Source: Pseudomonas phage vB_PaeM-D14A. From it: 36,237 bases of DNA. The notes beneath the pieces were generated by a model. That model ran no database searches and was not told the origin of the DNA. It saw only the letters and a list, made by a program, of their open reading frames with translations. This document shows, piece by piece, positions 17,353 through 26,269 of this stretch. Location: sequence record BK061475.1. One strand, written 5' to 3'. The translations under genes were made by a program, and so were the position numbers. Each line of letters opens with the position of its first letter. Within the stretch, counting starts at the first letter, position 1.

Positions 17353-20056
17353 CCTGCAGCTGCGCGTGCTGCTCAGCGCGATCGACAGAGCCACCGCGCC
17401 CTTGCGTCGCATCATGCAAGGCAGCGACGCGACGGCCCGGGCGCTCAAGGCAACTCGCGAGCGCCTGAAGCAGCTCAACGCTCAGCAGAGCGACGTGCGC
17501 GCCTTCCGCACCCAGCGCGGCGCCCTGGAGCAGGTCAGCACCGCGCTGGCCGCGCAACAGGCACGGGTGAAAGCACTGGCTCAGCAGATGGCCGCCGCCG
17601 GCAACCCCACCCGCGCGCTAACCCGCGACTACAACCGGGCCATCCGTGAAGCCGGTTTCCTCAAGCAGCAGCACCTGCAGCACAGCCACGCCCTGCAGCA
17701 ACTGCGCACGCGCCTCAGCAACGCCGGCATCAGCACCCGCAACCTCGGCCAGCATGAGCGCGACCTGCGCGCGCAGATCCAGGCGGCCAATGGCGCCATC
17801 AACAGCCAGGCGCAGCGCTTACGCAACCTCAGCCAGCAGCAGGAGCGCCTGACCCAAGCCCGCAACACCTACAGCCGCGGCATCCAGAGCGCCGCCGCGC
17901 TGGCCGGCACCGGCATGGCGGCACGCGCGACGGGCATGTACACCGGCGACAAGCTGCGGCAGATGCTCGGCGTGGGCTACGAGTTCGACGCAACGATGTC
18001 GGCCACCCAGGCGGTGACCCGCATCGAGCGCAAGGACGATCCGCAGATGCAGGCGCTGCGGCAACAGGCCCGCACCCTGCCGCTGTCCAGCAAATTCACC
18101 GACAAGGAAGTCGCCCAGGGCCAGTACTTCCTGGGCCGCACCGGCTACAACGCGAAGCAGATCCTCAGCGCCATGCCCGGCATGCTCAACCTGGCAGCCG
18201 CGGGCGACATGGACCTCGGCGACACTGCTGACATTGCCTCGAACATCCAGACGGCGATGGGGATTCCGGCAGAGAAAATGGACCAGGTGGCCGACGTACT
18301 GACTGCGGCGTTCACCCGGAACAACGTCGACATCCGCATGCTCGGCGACTCGCTGAAGTACTCCGCCGGCGTCGGCCGCGAGTACGGCCAGAGCCTGGAG
18401 ACGGTCACCACCGCCACGGCCCTGCTCGGCAACGCCGGCGTCCAGGGCAGCATGGCCGGCACCTCGATGCGCTCTGTTCTGACCCGCCTGGGCACGTCCA
18501 AGGCGGTAGCCAAGCTGGGCGTCCAGACCAAGGACGCCAACGGCAACATGCGCGATATGCTGGACATCCTGAAGGACATCAACAAGAAGACCGCCGGCAT
18601 GGGCAACGTGCAGCGCGGCGCGATCTTCAAGGACATCGCCGGGCAGTACGCGGTGACCAGCTTCGGCACCCTGATGCGCGCCGTCGAGGGCGGCCAGTTC
18701 CAGACCATGCGCGAAAGCCTGAACAACTCCGAGGGCGAGGCCGCGAGGGTCGCCGCTACCCAGCTGGACAACCTCAAGGGCGACATGACCATGCTGCATG
18801 CGGCCCTGGAAAACATTTCGGTCGAGCTGTTCGACAAGAACAGCCCCTGGCTGCGCGAGCTCGCCGCCGATCTCAGTCACCTGCTGCACAACGTCGGCGA
18901 GTTCCTGAAGGCCAACCCACAGGTCAGCAAGGGCATCGTCATCACCGTCGCCGCGTTCTCGGCGCTGATGGCCACCGTCGGCAGCCTGGCCATCACCCTC
19001 GCCGGCATCCTCGGCCCGATGATCGCGGTCCGCTTCATGCTCAGCACCATCGGCATTCGCCTGCCCGGGCTGATCGGCCTGCTGAAATTGCTGTTCGCAC
19101 CGATCCGCATGCTGGCCGGCCTGTTGATCGGCCCGCTGGTGACCGCCCTGCGCGTCGTGAGCATCGCGCTGTGGGGCTTGGCCGCCAACCCGGTGGTCCT
19201 GGCAATTGCCGCCGTCGTGGCGGTGCTGGCCGGCGCCGCGTACCTGATCTATCGCAACTGGGACGCCGTCAAGGCGTACCTGCTCGGGATGTGGGAAGAG
19301 ATCCAGGCGGGCCTGAACGGCGGGATCGGCGGGATCATCCGCATCCTCCTCGACTTCAACCCACTCGGCCTGATGTACCGCGCCTTCGCAGGCGTCCTGG
19401 GCTACCTGGGCATCGACCTGCCGGCGCGCTTCAGCGACTTCGGCAACATGATCGTCCAGGGCCTGGTGAACGGCCTGCTCGCCGGCTTAGGGCAGATCAA
19501 GCGCGCCGTCCAGCGCGTCGGCGGTGCCGCGATCGACTGGTTCAAGGATAAGCTCGGCATCCATTCACCGTCGCGGGTATTCGCCGACCTGGGCGGGTTC
19601 ACCATGGCCGGCCTGACCAAGGGCCTCGGCGCCGGCCAGGCCGGCCCGCTGGGCGTGATTGCACGTCTCGGCCAAGGCCTGGTCAGCGCGGGCCGTCAGG
19701 CTGTCGCCGGCCTCGACGGGGAGTTTGCCCGAGGCCCCCGCCCTGCGATCACGCCGCCGACGTTCGACCAGCCGCTGCTGGCCATGCTGGGCGCCCTGGG
19801 CAAGAGCGCCGGCGCCATCGGCGCCCTGGTGCTCGGCGCCAGCGCCCCAGCGCAGGCCATCACCATCGACAACCGTCCCCCGATCAGTTCGGCGCCAGCA
19901 GCGATCAGCGTCGGCGGCGACACCTACTACATCACCATCCAGGCCGGCGCGGGCAGCAACACCGCAGACCTGAAACGCACGCTCAGCCAACTGCTGGACG
20001 AGCGCGAACGCAACAAGGCGACGCGCCTACGCGCCCGCCTGCAGGACCGGGAGTAA
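17342..20056 (+). CDS. T: tail tape measure protein T
   Basis: 904 aa. Coiled-coil N-terminus. Hydrophobic Gly/Ala-rich segments. Confidence 0.85.
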   Translation: MANDLQLRVLLSAIDRATAPLRRIMQGSDATARALKATRERLKQLNAQQSDVRAFRTQRGALEQVSTALAAQQARVKALAQQMAAAGNPTRALTRDYNRAIREAGFLKQQHLQHSHALQQLRTRLSNAGISTRNLGQHERDLRAQIQAANGAINSQAQRLRNLSQQQERLTQARNTYSRGIQSAAALAGTGMAARATGMYTGDKLRQMLGVGYEFDATMSATQAVTRIERKDDPQMQALRQQARTLPLSSKFTDKEVAQGQYFLGRTGYNAKQILSAMPGMLNLAAAGDMDLGDTADIASNIQTAMGIPAEKMDQVADVLTAAFTRNNVDIRMLGDSLKYSAGVGREYGQSLETVTTATALLGNAGVQGSMAGTSMRSVLTRLGTSKAVAKLGVQTKDANGNMRDMLDILKDINKKTAGMGNVQRGAIFKDIAGQYAVTSFGTLMRAVEGGQFQTMRESLNNSEGEAARVAATQLDNLKGDMTMLHAALENISVELFDKNSPWLRELAADLSHLLHNVGEFLKANPQVSKGIVITVAAFSALMATVGSLAITLAGILGPMIAVRFMLSTIGIRLPGLIGLLKLLFAPIRMLAGLLIGPLVTALRVVSIALWGLAANPVVLAIAAVVAVLAGAAYLIYRNWDAVKAYLLGMWEEIQAGLNGGIGGIIRILLDFNPLGLMYRAFAGVLGYLGIDLPARFSDFGNMIVQGLVNGLLAGLGQIKRAVQRVGGAAIDWFKDKLGIHSPSRVFADLGGFTMAGLTKGLGAGQAGPLGVIARLGQGLVSAGRQAVAGLDGEFARGPRPAITPPTFDQPLLAMLGALGKSAGAIGALVLGASAPAQAITIDNRPPISSAPAAISVGGDTYYITIQAGAGSNTADLKRTLSQLLDERERNKATRLRARLQDRE

Positions 20057-20061
20057 CCACC

Positions 20062-20502
20062 ATGATGCTGTCCCTCGGGATGTTCGTCTTCAGCCTGCAC
20101 ACGCTGGCCTATCAGGAGTTTCAGCGACAGACCGAGTGGCGACACGCCAGCAGCAGCCGCATCGGTGCCCAGCCGGCGCGCCAGTTCGTCGGCCGCGGCG
20201 ACGACGCGATCACCCTGCCTGGCGTGCTGCTGCCGGAGCTGGCCGGCAGCGCGTTGAGCCTGGACGTGCTGCGGCAGATGGCTGACACCGGGTCGGCCTG
20301 GCCCATGGTCGAGGGCACCGGACGCATCTACGGCCTGTGGGTGATCGAGCGCGTCACCGAGACGCGGACACTCTTCTTCGCCGACGGCACCCCGCGGCGG
20401 ATCGAGTTCTCCCTCGAGCTCAAGCGCATCGACGACGGCCGCACCGATCTGCTCGGCTCGGTCCTCGGTACCGCCAGCAACCTGCTGAGACGCATCCTGT
20501 GA
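20062..20502 (+). CDS. U: tail protein U
   Basis: 146 aa. Position. Confidence 0.75.
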   Translation: MMLSLGMFVFSLHTLAYQEFQRQTEWRHASSSRIGAQPARQFVGRGDDAITLPGVLLPELAGSALSLDVLRQMADTGSAWPMVEGTGRIYGLWVIERVTETRTLFFADGTPRRIEFSLELKRIDDGRTDLLGSVLGTASNLLRRIL

Positions 20503-21773
20503 TCGATGCCGCCCTCGCCCGCGTAACGGGCTACCTGACCAGCGCAGTCGAGCAGCTGCAGCGCGACGCCGGCTACCCGGTGCCGGTGTTCCGGCTCACG
20601 GTCGACGGCAACGACATCGCCCAGCTCATCAGCCCTCGGCTGATCGCCCTGGATCTGACCGACAATCGCGGCCTCGAGGCCGATCAGTTGAGCGTGACAC
20701 TCAGCGATCATGACGGGCTGCTCGCGATCCCCCCGCGCGGCGCCGTGCTGCACCTCTGGCTGGGCTGGAGTGACAGCGGACTGGTCGACAAGGGCACCTA
20801 CACCGTCGACGAAACCGAGCACAGCGGCGCGCCGGACGTGCTCAGCATCCGCGCCCGCTCAGCGGACCTGCGCAAGGGCCTGAAGGTCAAGCGCGAACGC
20901 AGCTGGAGCAGCCCGAAGACGCTGGGCGACGTACTCACCGACATCGCCCTCGGCAACAACCTGAAGCCGGTGCTCGCGCCGGCGCTGGCGGGCCTGCCGA
21001 TCCTGCAGCTGGACCAGGCCAACGAGTCCGACGCCAACTTGCTGACCCGCCTGGGCGAGGACTTCGACGCGGTGGCTACCGTGAAAGCCGGCTGCCTGCT
21101 CTGCCTGCCGGCCGGTGGCGGCAAGACCGCCAGTGGCCTGGCGCTGCCGCACATCACCCTCACCCGCCAGGATGGCGACCAGCACCGCTACCTGCAGGCC
21201 GACCGCGACAGCTACGACGGCGTGCGCGCGTACTTCTACGACGTGAACAGCGCGAAGAAGCAGGAGGCCATCGCCGGTGCCAAAGGCGACAACCTCAAGG
21301 ACCTGCGCCACACCTACAGCGACCGCCAGAGCGCCCTGCGCGCCGCCCGCGCCGAGTGGAACCGCCTACAGCGTGGCAGCGCCACGCTCAGCTACGTGCT
21401 CGCCAAGGGCCGGCCGGACCTGATCCCGGAGCTGACCTACACCCTGCAGGGCGTGAAGACGGAGATCGATGCGATCATCTGGTACGGCGGCAATGTGCAG
21501 CACAGCCTCAGCGCCGACGGCGGCTACATCACCAGCCTGGAGATGGAAAGCAAGCTGCCCGAGGACCTGGTCAGCGACCTGGCCGACGACACCGGCGGCG
21601 ACTACACCGGCATCATCGCCTACTTCCGCGACGAGAAGAGCGGGAAGGAGAAGACCATCACCGCGGGAGACCAGAGCAAGCCGCGCCGCCTGCGCTACCT
21701 GTACAGCACCAAGGCTAGCGCGAAGCGGGCTGTCGATCGGGAATGGGGGAGACTGCAACCACTGTCAAGATGA
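20499..21773 (+). CDS. D: tail protein D (late gene D)
   Basis: Probable GTG start at 20499 overlapping the U stop (GTGA). About 424 aa. The long 5' extension of ORF 20337 runs antisense across U and was rejected. Confidence 0.7.
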   Translation: MIDAALARVTGYLTSAVEQLQRDAGYPVPVFRLTVDGNDIAQLISPRLIALDLTDNRGLEADQLSVTLSDHDGLLAIPPRGAVLHLWLGWSDSGLVDKGTYTVDETEHSGAPDVLSIRARSADLRKGLKVKRERSWSSPKTLGDVLTDIALGNNLKPVLAPALAGLPILQLDQANESDANLLTRLGEDFDAVATVKAGCLLCLPAGGGKTASGLALPHITLTRQDGDQHRYLQADRDSYDGVRAYFYDVNSAKKQEAIAGAKGDNLKDLRHTYSDRQSALRAARAEWNRLQRGSATLSYVLAKGRPDLIPELTYTLQGVKTEIDAIIWYGGNVQHSLSADGGYITSLEMESKLPEDLVSDLADDTGGDYTGIIAYFRDEKSGKEKTITAGDQSKPRRLRYLYSTKASAKRAVDREWGRLQPLSR

Positions 21774-21905
21774 TCAAAGACCACAGAACGGCCCCTCCTG
21801 TGTTTTTTACGCCAAAAGGTCTCCAACAGCGCCCCCATTAGTCAGGCAAAATGCCAGAGTGAGAATTTGTCTCCCTCCCCCCCTTTCCCCCCTTCGTTTG
21901 CCCCG

Positions 21906-21911
21906 TATAAT
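21906..21911 (+). promoter_or_regulatory. TATAAT -10 hexamer upstream of the methyltransferase gene
   Basis: Perfect TATAAT 26 bp upstream of the ATG. A C-rich tract precedes it and there is no clear -35. Confidence 0.35.
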
Positions 21912-21936
21912 CGCGACCGTCAATAGGGGGTAATGC

Positions 21937-22935
21937 ATGCCAACAGCAGTTTCACTTTTTTCTGGATGTGGAGGGTCCGACGCAGGAGTCATCGCGGCGG
22001 GCTTCGACGTCATCATGGCAAACGACATCCTCCCCTACGCCCGAGACGTGTATTTGGCGAATTTTCCGGAAACCGACTATCGCCTAGGTGACGTGTGCGA
22101 CATTTCCGACTTTCCGGCAGCCGATTTACTTGTGGGTTGCTACCCTTGCCAAGGCTTCAGCCAAGGAGGAGCTCGCGAGGCCAACCGAAAAATCAATACC
22201 CTGTACCTTGAGTTCGCTCGCGCCTTAAGCATCATTCAGCCCAGAGCTTTCATTGCCGAGAACGTCTCTGGTCTACGTCGTAGCACCTACAGGCATCTAC
22301 TGGAAGACCAACTAACAAAGTTCGCGGAGGCCGGCGCACACGGTTATAGCGTATATTGGAAGCAGATAAATGCTCATGAGTACGGGGTCGCACAAGAAAG
22401 AAAGCGTGTAGTAATCGTAGGCATTCGCAAAGATTTGAATGCCGAATACAAATTCCCGGCCCCTACTCATGGCCCAAACGCTGAGCAACCATATTTCAAC
22501 ATTGCTCAAGCTCTGGAAGGACTACCTGAGTGGCCAGAAGGGGAGTTCTGCGAGGACCCCTTTCACTGGTATTACCTGTCCCGCAATCGGCGCAGAGATT
22601 GGTGTGAAATCAGCAAGACGATTGTCAGTCACATGCGCCACATGCCGCTGCATCCCAGTAGCCCCAAGCTACATAGAATCCATACTGATAAGTGGGAGTT
22701 TGAAGTAGATGAACCTGCCAGAAGGTTCTCCTTCAGGGAAGCGGCGCGCTTGCAAGGGTTTATGCCTCGCTATACTACTCATGGTGGAGACCTGATCTTC
22801 CCTGAAACCGTTGAAAGCAGTCAAAAAAATATTGAATACAACATTTTGCGACAGCGCTACAAGGTTGTAGGAAACGCTGTACCACCGCCTATGTTCGAGG
22901 CGGTGGCATCAGCACTACCAAACATCTGGCCTTAG
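21937..22935 (+). CDS. DNA (cytosine-5)-methyltransferase (low-GC island)
   Basis: Motif I LFSGCGG, motif IV GCYPCQGFSQ (catalytic PCQ), motif VI ENV, C-terminal VVGNAVPPPM (motif X). GC is clearly lower than the flanks. Confidence 0.9.
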   Translation: MPTAVSLFSGCGGSDAGVIAAGFDVIMANDILPYARDVYLANFPETDYRLGDVCDISDFPAADLLVGCYPCQGFSQGGAREANRKINTLYLEFARALSIIQPRAFIAENVSGLRRSTYRHLLEDQLTKFAEAGAHGYSVYWKQINAHEYGVAQERKRVVIVGIRKDLNAEYKFPAPTHGPNAEQPYFNIAQALEGLPEWPEGEFCEDPFHWYYLSRNRRRDWCEISKTIVSHMRHMPLHPSSPKLHRIHTDKWEFEVDEPARRFSFREAARLQGFMPRYTTHGGDLIFPETVESSQKNIEYNILRQRYKVVGNAVPPPMFEAVASALPNIWP

Positions 22936-23834
22936 ACCAAATCGAGTCTTTCTTCTAGAAAATTTGCTAGGATTTCTGGAGGATCAATATTCCTCCAGTC
23001 ATCCTCAAAACTAATATTTTTAACAATCCTCAACCTATCAAAAATCAACGTATCCCCTACCTCTCCCTCAACAGCCCATGTTCCCCTGTTATCTCGAAAG
23101 CTATGCGGAATAAATATAAGCTGCATCCAAGGATGTGTGGCATGTATATACCTCAACCGACCATGAGATATCTCACTCTGCTTTCTTGACCACTCTAAGC
23201 GTGAGCATGCACACTGAGCTAATGCAGATGGAATATTTCGGCACTCATACTCATCAAGAGACAGCCAAGCAACTAAGTCGATACCCCCATCACCTGAGTC
23301 TCTAGCGCGAAATGTTTCTTCATTACAAAGACCAACCGCCCCGATGTCCTTAGCTAGCTGATTGATTCGCTCCCATTTAGCCCCCCTGTATTCTGTTTCG
23401 TTCTTACCAAAAGCCTTGACTTTAGCTGCAACTGGAAATACTGAACGCAACGTAACAAGGGAAACCCTTTCAAAGGCATCAGTAAGCGAACCATTTATAT
23501 ACTGCCGATCAAAAAATGGGAGATTAGCACACAACAATATTAACACGTACAACTTATGCTCTTCTGGTAGAGTCTCAGGTGCACTAATAGTCCTCCTCCC
23601 AATGTCCAAAGAGAATGGATAACTACCTCCAAATGCTTCTACTCGCCACGCGATATGGTTAAAACAATCATCCAACTCTTGGGCTGATATCTTGCTCCCA
23701 CCAACATCTCTGATTTGGTCAGAGATGGTTTCTCTCGAGCACACTCGATCCTGCGTTACCAAGCATAGTATCTCAGCAAAATCCGCAATAGTGTGAACAT
23801 CCCTATCTCGTGGAGCATCCAGGTTGAGCATCAC
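22932..23834 (-). CDS. hypothetical protein with an Mrr-like GDGGID nuclease motif (candidate restriction/effector subunit)
   Basis: 300 aa, low GC. Motif RDSGDGGIDLVAW resembles the Mrr_cat PD-(D/E)xK signature. ATG at 23831 overlaps the upstream gene's stop. The 3' end overlaps the methyltransferase stop convergently. Confidence 0.5.
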   Translation of the reverse strand: MMLNLDAPRDRDVHTIADFAEILCLVTQDRVCSRETISDQIRDVGGSKISAQELDDCFNHIAWRVEAFGGSYPFSLDIGRRTISAPETLPEEHKLYVLILLCANLPFFDRQYINGSLTDAFERVSLVTLRSVFPVAAKVKAFGKNETEYRGAKWERINQLAKDIGAVGLCNEETFRARDSGDGGIDLVAWLSLDEYECRNIPSALAQCACSRLEWSRKQSEISHGRLRYIHATHPWMQLIFIPHSFRDNRGTWAVEGEVGDTLIFDRLRIVKNISFEDDWRNIDPPEILANFLEERLDLV

Positions 23835-24928
23835 TCTTCTCCAGACATCACATCTTGGATAGAAGCAAAAAGAGCAGAAGCCGACTTTTTAATCCGCTCA
23901 GCCTGATTTAAGTCAGGCTGATCCAGCCCTTCCACCGCACTAAGCGTAAACTGAGCGTTCTTTATGCTACTCTCAGCCTCTCTTAGAAGGTGTCGTAACG
24001 CCTCTAGCGGCCCTTCCGTATATAGGTCAGCATGTGCTAAAGGCTCGCCATGTCTAAGTACTTCCAGAGCGCGATCATTCGCCACAACCCTCGACAATTT
24101 ATCAAAGTTGCGCGACTCACCTAACACTGTACTTGGCCCATGACTTTTGTCGAAAACCCACCCAAAAAACTCTACGAACTCCTTTTCCTTCAAACCAGCC
24201 GCATCAACATCAGACGCACCTTTAATACCAATAAAGTCACAAATATTAGGATAACCAATACCAGTAGTAAGCAAAGAGAAAGGTATATCATCCTCTTCCA
24301 GCTTTAGACTTACTAGCAAACCAGTATCTCTAGCATGTTCCAAAAGCTTGAGCCCTGTTAGGAGTTTTGCAACATGTGAAGATTTACTTCCAATCTCTTT
24401 AGCCAGAGCTTTATGTGCATCCGCATGACCTTTATCTGCATGACGCTCTCGCAGTTGCTTCAGATATCTAGCCTTAGCTAAGGAGTCCCACTCTTTGATG
24501 CCAGTTATGTGGCGATACCCTAGATAACTAAGTATGTTATCCCGATCATCAAACTCCAAGACCGGAATATCATTAACCTTCTGCCTTGCAGATTCTCTAG
24601 CCTGCTTAACTTGACCAGCCATTACTGGAGGAGGGCTACTGCTTGCCAGAAGTTTTAAGGCACCAAGCCGCCGGTTACCTTCCACAACTGTATAACCACC
24701 ACCTGCACGAGGAACGACCAGCAGGGGCTCACCTAAGAAGAATCCATGCTCCCCGATAGATAGCATTAGCTCTATCAAGTTACACTCTAGGAGCAAGTAC
24801 TTTATTACATCCTCATCAGGCTTATTTCGCAAAGCCACTGGAAGCCGAGGGTTATCAGGATCAAAATGAAGCTCATTCAAACTAACGCTTGCAAGCTTTG
24901 TCATAACCAGTCCTTTACACAGTAACAA
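23831..24928 (-). CDS. ParB/Srx-fold nuclease-domain protein (candidate defence/restriction component)
   Basis: N-terminal YTVVEGNRRLGALKLL is the ParB GxRR box. Low GC. The likely start is the ATG at 24904, preceded by AAAGGA. 357-365 aa. Confidence 0.55.
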   Translation of the reverse strand: MLLCKGLVMTKLASVSLNELHFDPDNPRLPVALRNKPDEDVIKYLLLECNLIELMLSIGEHGFFLGEPLLVVPRAGGGYTVVEGNRRLGALKLLASSSPPPVMAGQVKQARESARQKVNDIPVLEFDDRDNILSYLGYRHITGIKEWDSLAKARYLKQLRERHADKGHADAHKALAKEIGSKSSHVAKLLTGLKLLEHARDTGLLVSLKLEEDDIPFSLLTTGIGYPNICDFIGIKGASDVDAAGLKEKEFVEFFGWVFDKSHGPSTVLGESRNFDKLSRVVANDRALEVLRHGEPLAHADLYTEGPLEALRHLLREAESSIKNAQFTLSAVEGLDQPDLNQAERIKKSASALFASIQDVMSGEE

Positions 24929-24960
24929 GGCTGCGAAGCCTACCCATCTATTAGTCCTAG

Positions 24961-25311
24961 TCAGGCATCCGCGGCACAGGCTAGGCGCTTCTGATCGTAG
25001 TCCTTCTTATGTCCCTGTAGTTCAGGCAATGGTTCGTCCATATCCGCCTGTACAACCAGATCGGACAGTACCCACCCCAGCGCCTCGTAGGCTGCAAGGC
25101 AAACATCGCTGGCACTCCTACGGATACCTGGTCGGTACCGATCCAGATCGCCGAACACCTCGGTCACTTGGTCAACACTCGAGGCCTGCAACGCGTCCAA
25201 CATCCTCTGGTGAAGGTTGTTCATCAATTCGATCTGGGCGGCCGAGTCAGCCACCGCAGTACATGAAACCATCAGTCCGACCGCAGCGACCGTTCCCTTG
25301 AGCCAGTTCAT
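24961..25311 (-). CDS. hypothetical secreted protein (Sec signal peptide)
   Basis: 116 aa. N-terminal VAAVGLMVSCTAVA-DS signal. High GC. Confidence 0.5.
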   Translation of the reverse strand: MNWLKGTVAAVGLMVSCTAVADSAAQIELMNNLHQRMLDALQASSVDQVTEVFGDLDRYRPGIRRSASDVCLAAYEALGWVLSDLVVQADMDEPLPELQGHKKDYDQKRLACAADA

Positions 25312-25363
25312 ACGTCCCTCTCTTCACAGTGGGGCCCTCGGCTACAACCGAAGGCCCATCCAA

Positions 25364-25480
25364 TTAACGCCTCCTGAAAGCGTACGCCAACTGCAGCAGG
25401 TCCAACTGCTCCTGCTCGCTCATCTGGCTCAGGCAGATCAGCAGGGCAGTAAGCACGATGGGGTCGATGGGGTTATCCAT
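25364..25480 (-). CDS. small ORF (38 aa) with a strong RBS
   Basis: AAGGAG 7 nt upstream of the ATG on the minus strand. Short and unsupported otherwise. Confidence 0.25.
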   Translation of the reverse strand: MDNPIDPIVLTALLICLSQMSEQEQLDLLQLAYAFRRR

Positions 25481-25629
25481 TGGTCTACTCCTTTGACAGG
25501 CCACCCGGCGACACGATGTCACCGTGATAGCAGCCCGGGAGTACCCCATTCTTCACATAGGCCCGCGTGCCAGAAGCAGAAATCCACGGTAGGTCGCCCG
25601 GGATTTTTTTTCCCTGCTGGCGAGGTGTC

Positions 25630-25971
25630 CTATTTGCTTGTACGACGCGACTCAGTTGACTCTGAGATACCTCGCCCCACCCGTAGGTACGCTATTCGGT
25701 CTTCTTCCTCCATGGACTTCATGTACCTCAGCACATCAAGTTCCTCCTGACTGAGTGACTCAAGCTCTGCAGGCTGGCGACGCCCAGTTATAACGTAAAG
25801 CACATCAGCGCCAAGCAACGAGGCCCTCAGTAGATAGGCCGCGTCAGGGCTGCGTTCGCCTTTCTCATATGCCAGTTGGGTGTTTTTCGACACACCACAC
25901 TGCTCGGCAAGTTCGGTTTGGCTCATCCCCAACCGCTGCCGCTCTTCCTTCAGGCGTTCGCCTATGGTCAT
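25630..25971 (-). CDS. XRE-family HTH repressor (candidate immunity repressor C/CI)
   Basis: LGMSQTELAEQCGVSKNTQLAYEKGERSP is a canonical Cro/C1 HTH. Divergent from the Cro-like gene. Confidence 0.8.
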   Translation of the reverse strand: MTIGERLKEERQRLGMSQTELAEQCGVSKNTQLAYEKGERSPDAAYLLRASLLGADVLYVITGRRQPAELESLSQEELDVLRYMKSMEEEDRIAYLRVGRGISESTESRRTSK

Positions 25972-25990
25972 AAAAGTTGGACCTCAAGCG

Positions 25991-26050
25991 TTGACATTAC
26001 CCATTTTCAGGGACATCATCGCCTTGCATTCACACGAAATCACACGAAAC
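25991..26050 (+). promoter_or_regulatory. rightward early promoter (TTGACA-17-CATCAT) with tandem direct-repeat operator CACACGAAAT CACACGAAAC
   Basis: TTGACA at 25991. Two adjacent 10-bp direct repeats at 26031-26050 between the repressor and Cro-like genes. The P2 C repressor also uses direct-repeat operators. Confidence 0.45.
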
Positions 26051-26056
26051 GAGACT

Positions 26057-26269
26057 ATGCACAACGCCTACCCCACCGAGCAAGCGTGCGAGAAAGCGCG
26101 CCAGCATCTGGCGAGCCAAGGGCTGTCGGCCAGGCAATGGGCGGTGAAGAACAACCTCACCCCCTCGACCGTGTACGCCGTCCTCAACCGGCAGAAGAAG
26201 TGCCTGCGCGGCGAAGCCCATCGCGCGGCTGTCCTTCTCGGTATCAAAGACGGCGTGATCGCACAGTAA
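26057..26269 (+). CDS. Cro/Ner-like small DNA-binding regulator
   Basis: 70 aa. LSARQWAVKNNLTPSTVYAVLNRQ HTH-like with a Ner/Nlp-type C-terminus GEAHRAAVLLGIK. First gene of the rightward operon. Confidence 0.6.
   Translation: MHNAYPTEQACEKARQHLASQGLSARQWAVKNNLTPSTVYAVLNRQKKCLRGEAHRAAVLLGIKDGVIAQ

Noticed and set aside
17819-18889. 356-aa ORF on the minus strand
   Set aside because: Antisense within the tape-measure gene. GC-rich artifact.
20337-20498. N-terminal extension of the gpD ORF
   Set aside because: Overlaps gpU in another frame. A GTG at 20499 coupled to the U stop is the parsimonious start.
25587-25617. GC-rich segment followed by a T8 tract (terminator-like)
   Set aside because: The T-run is on the plus strand, where no upstream gene is transcribed rightward. 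On the minus strand it is an A-run, so it cannot terminate the repressor transcript.
25876-26268. 5' part of the 297-aa ORF 25876-26769
   Set aside because: Runs through the repressor gene and the promoter/operator region in another frame. The real gene starts at the ATG at 26269.
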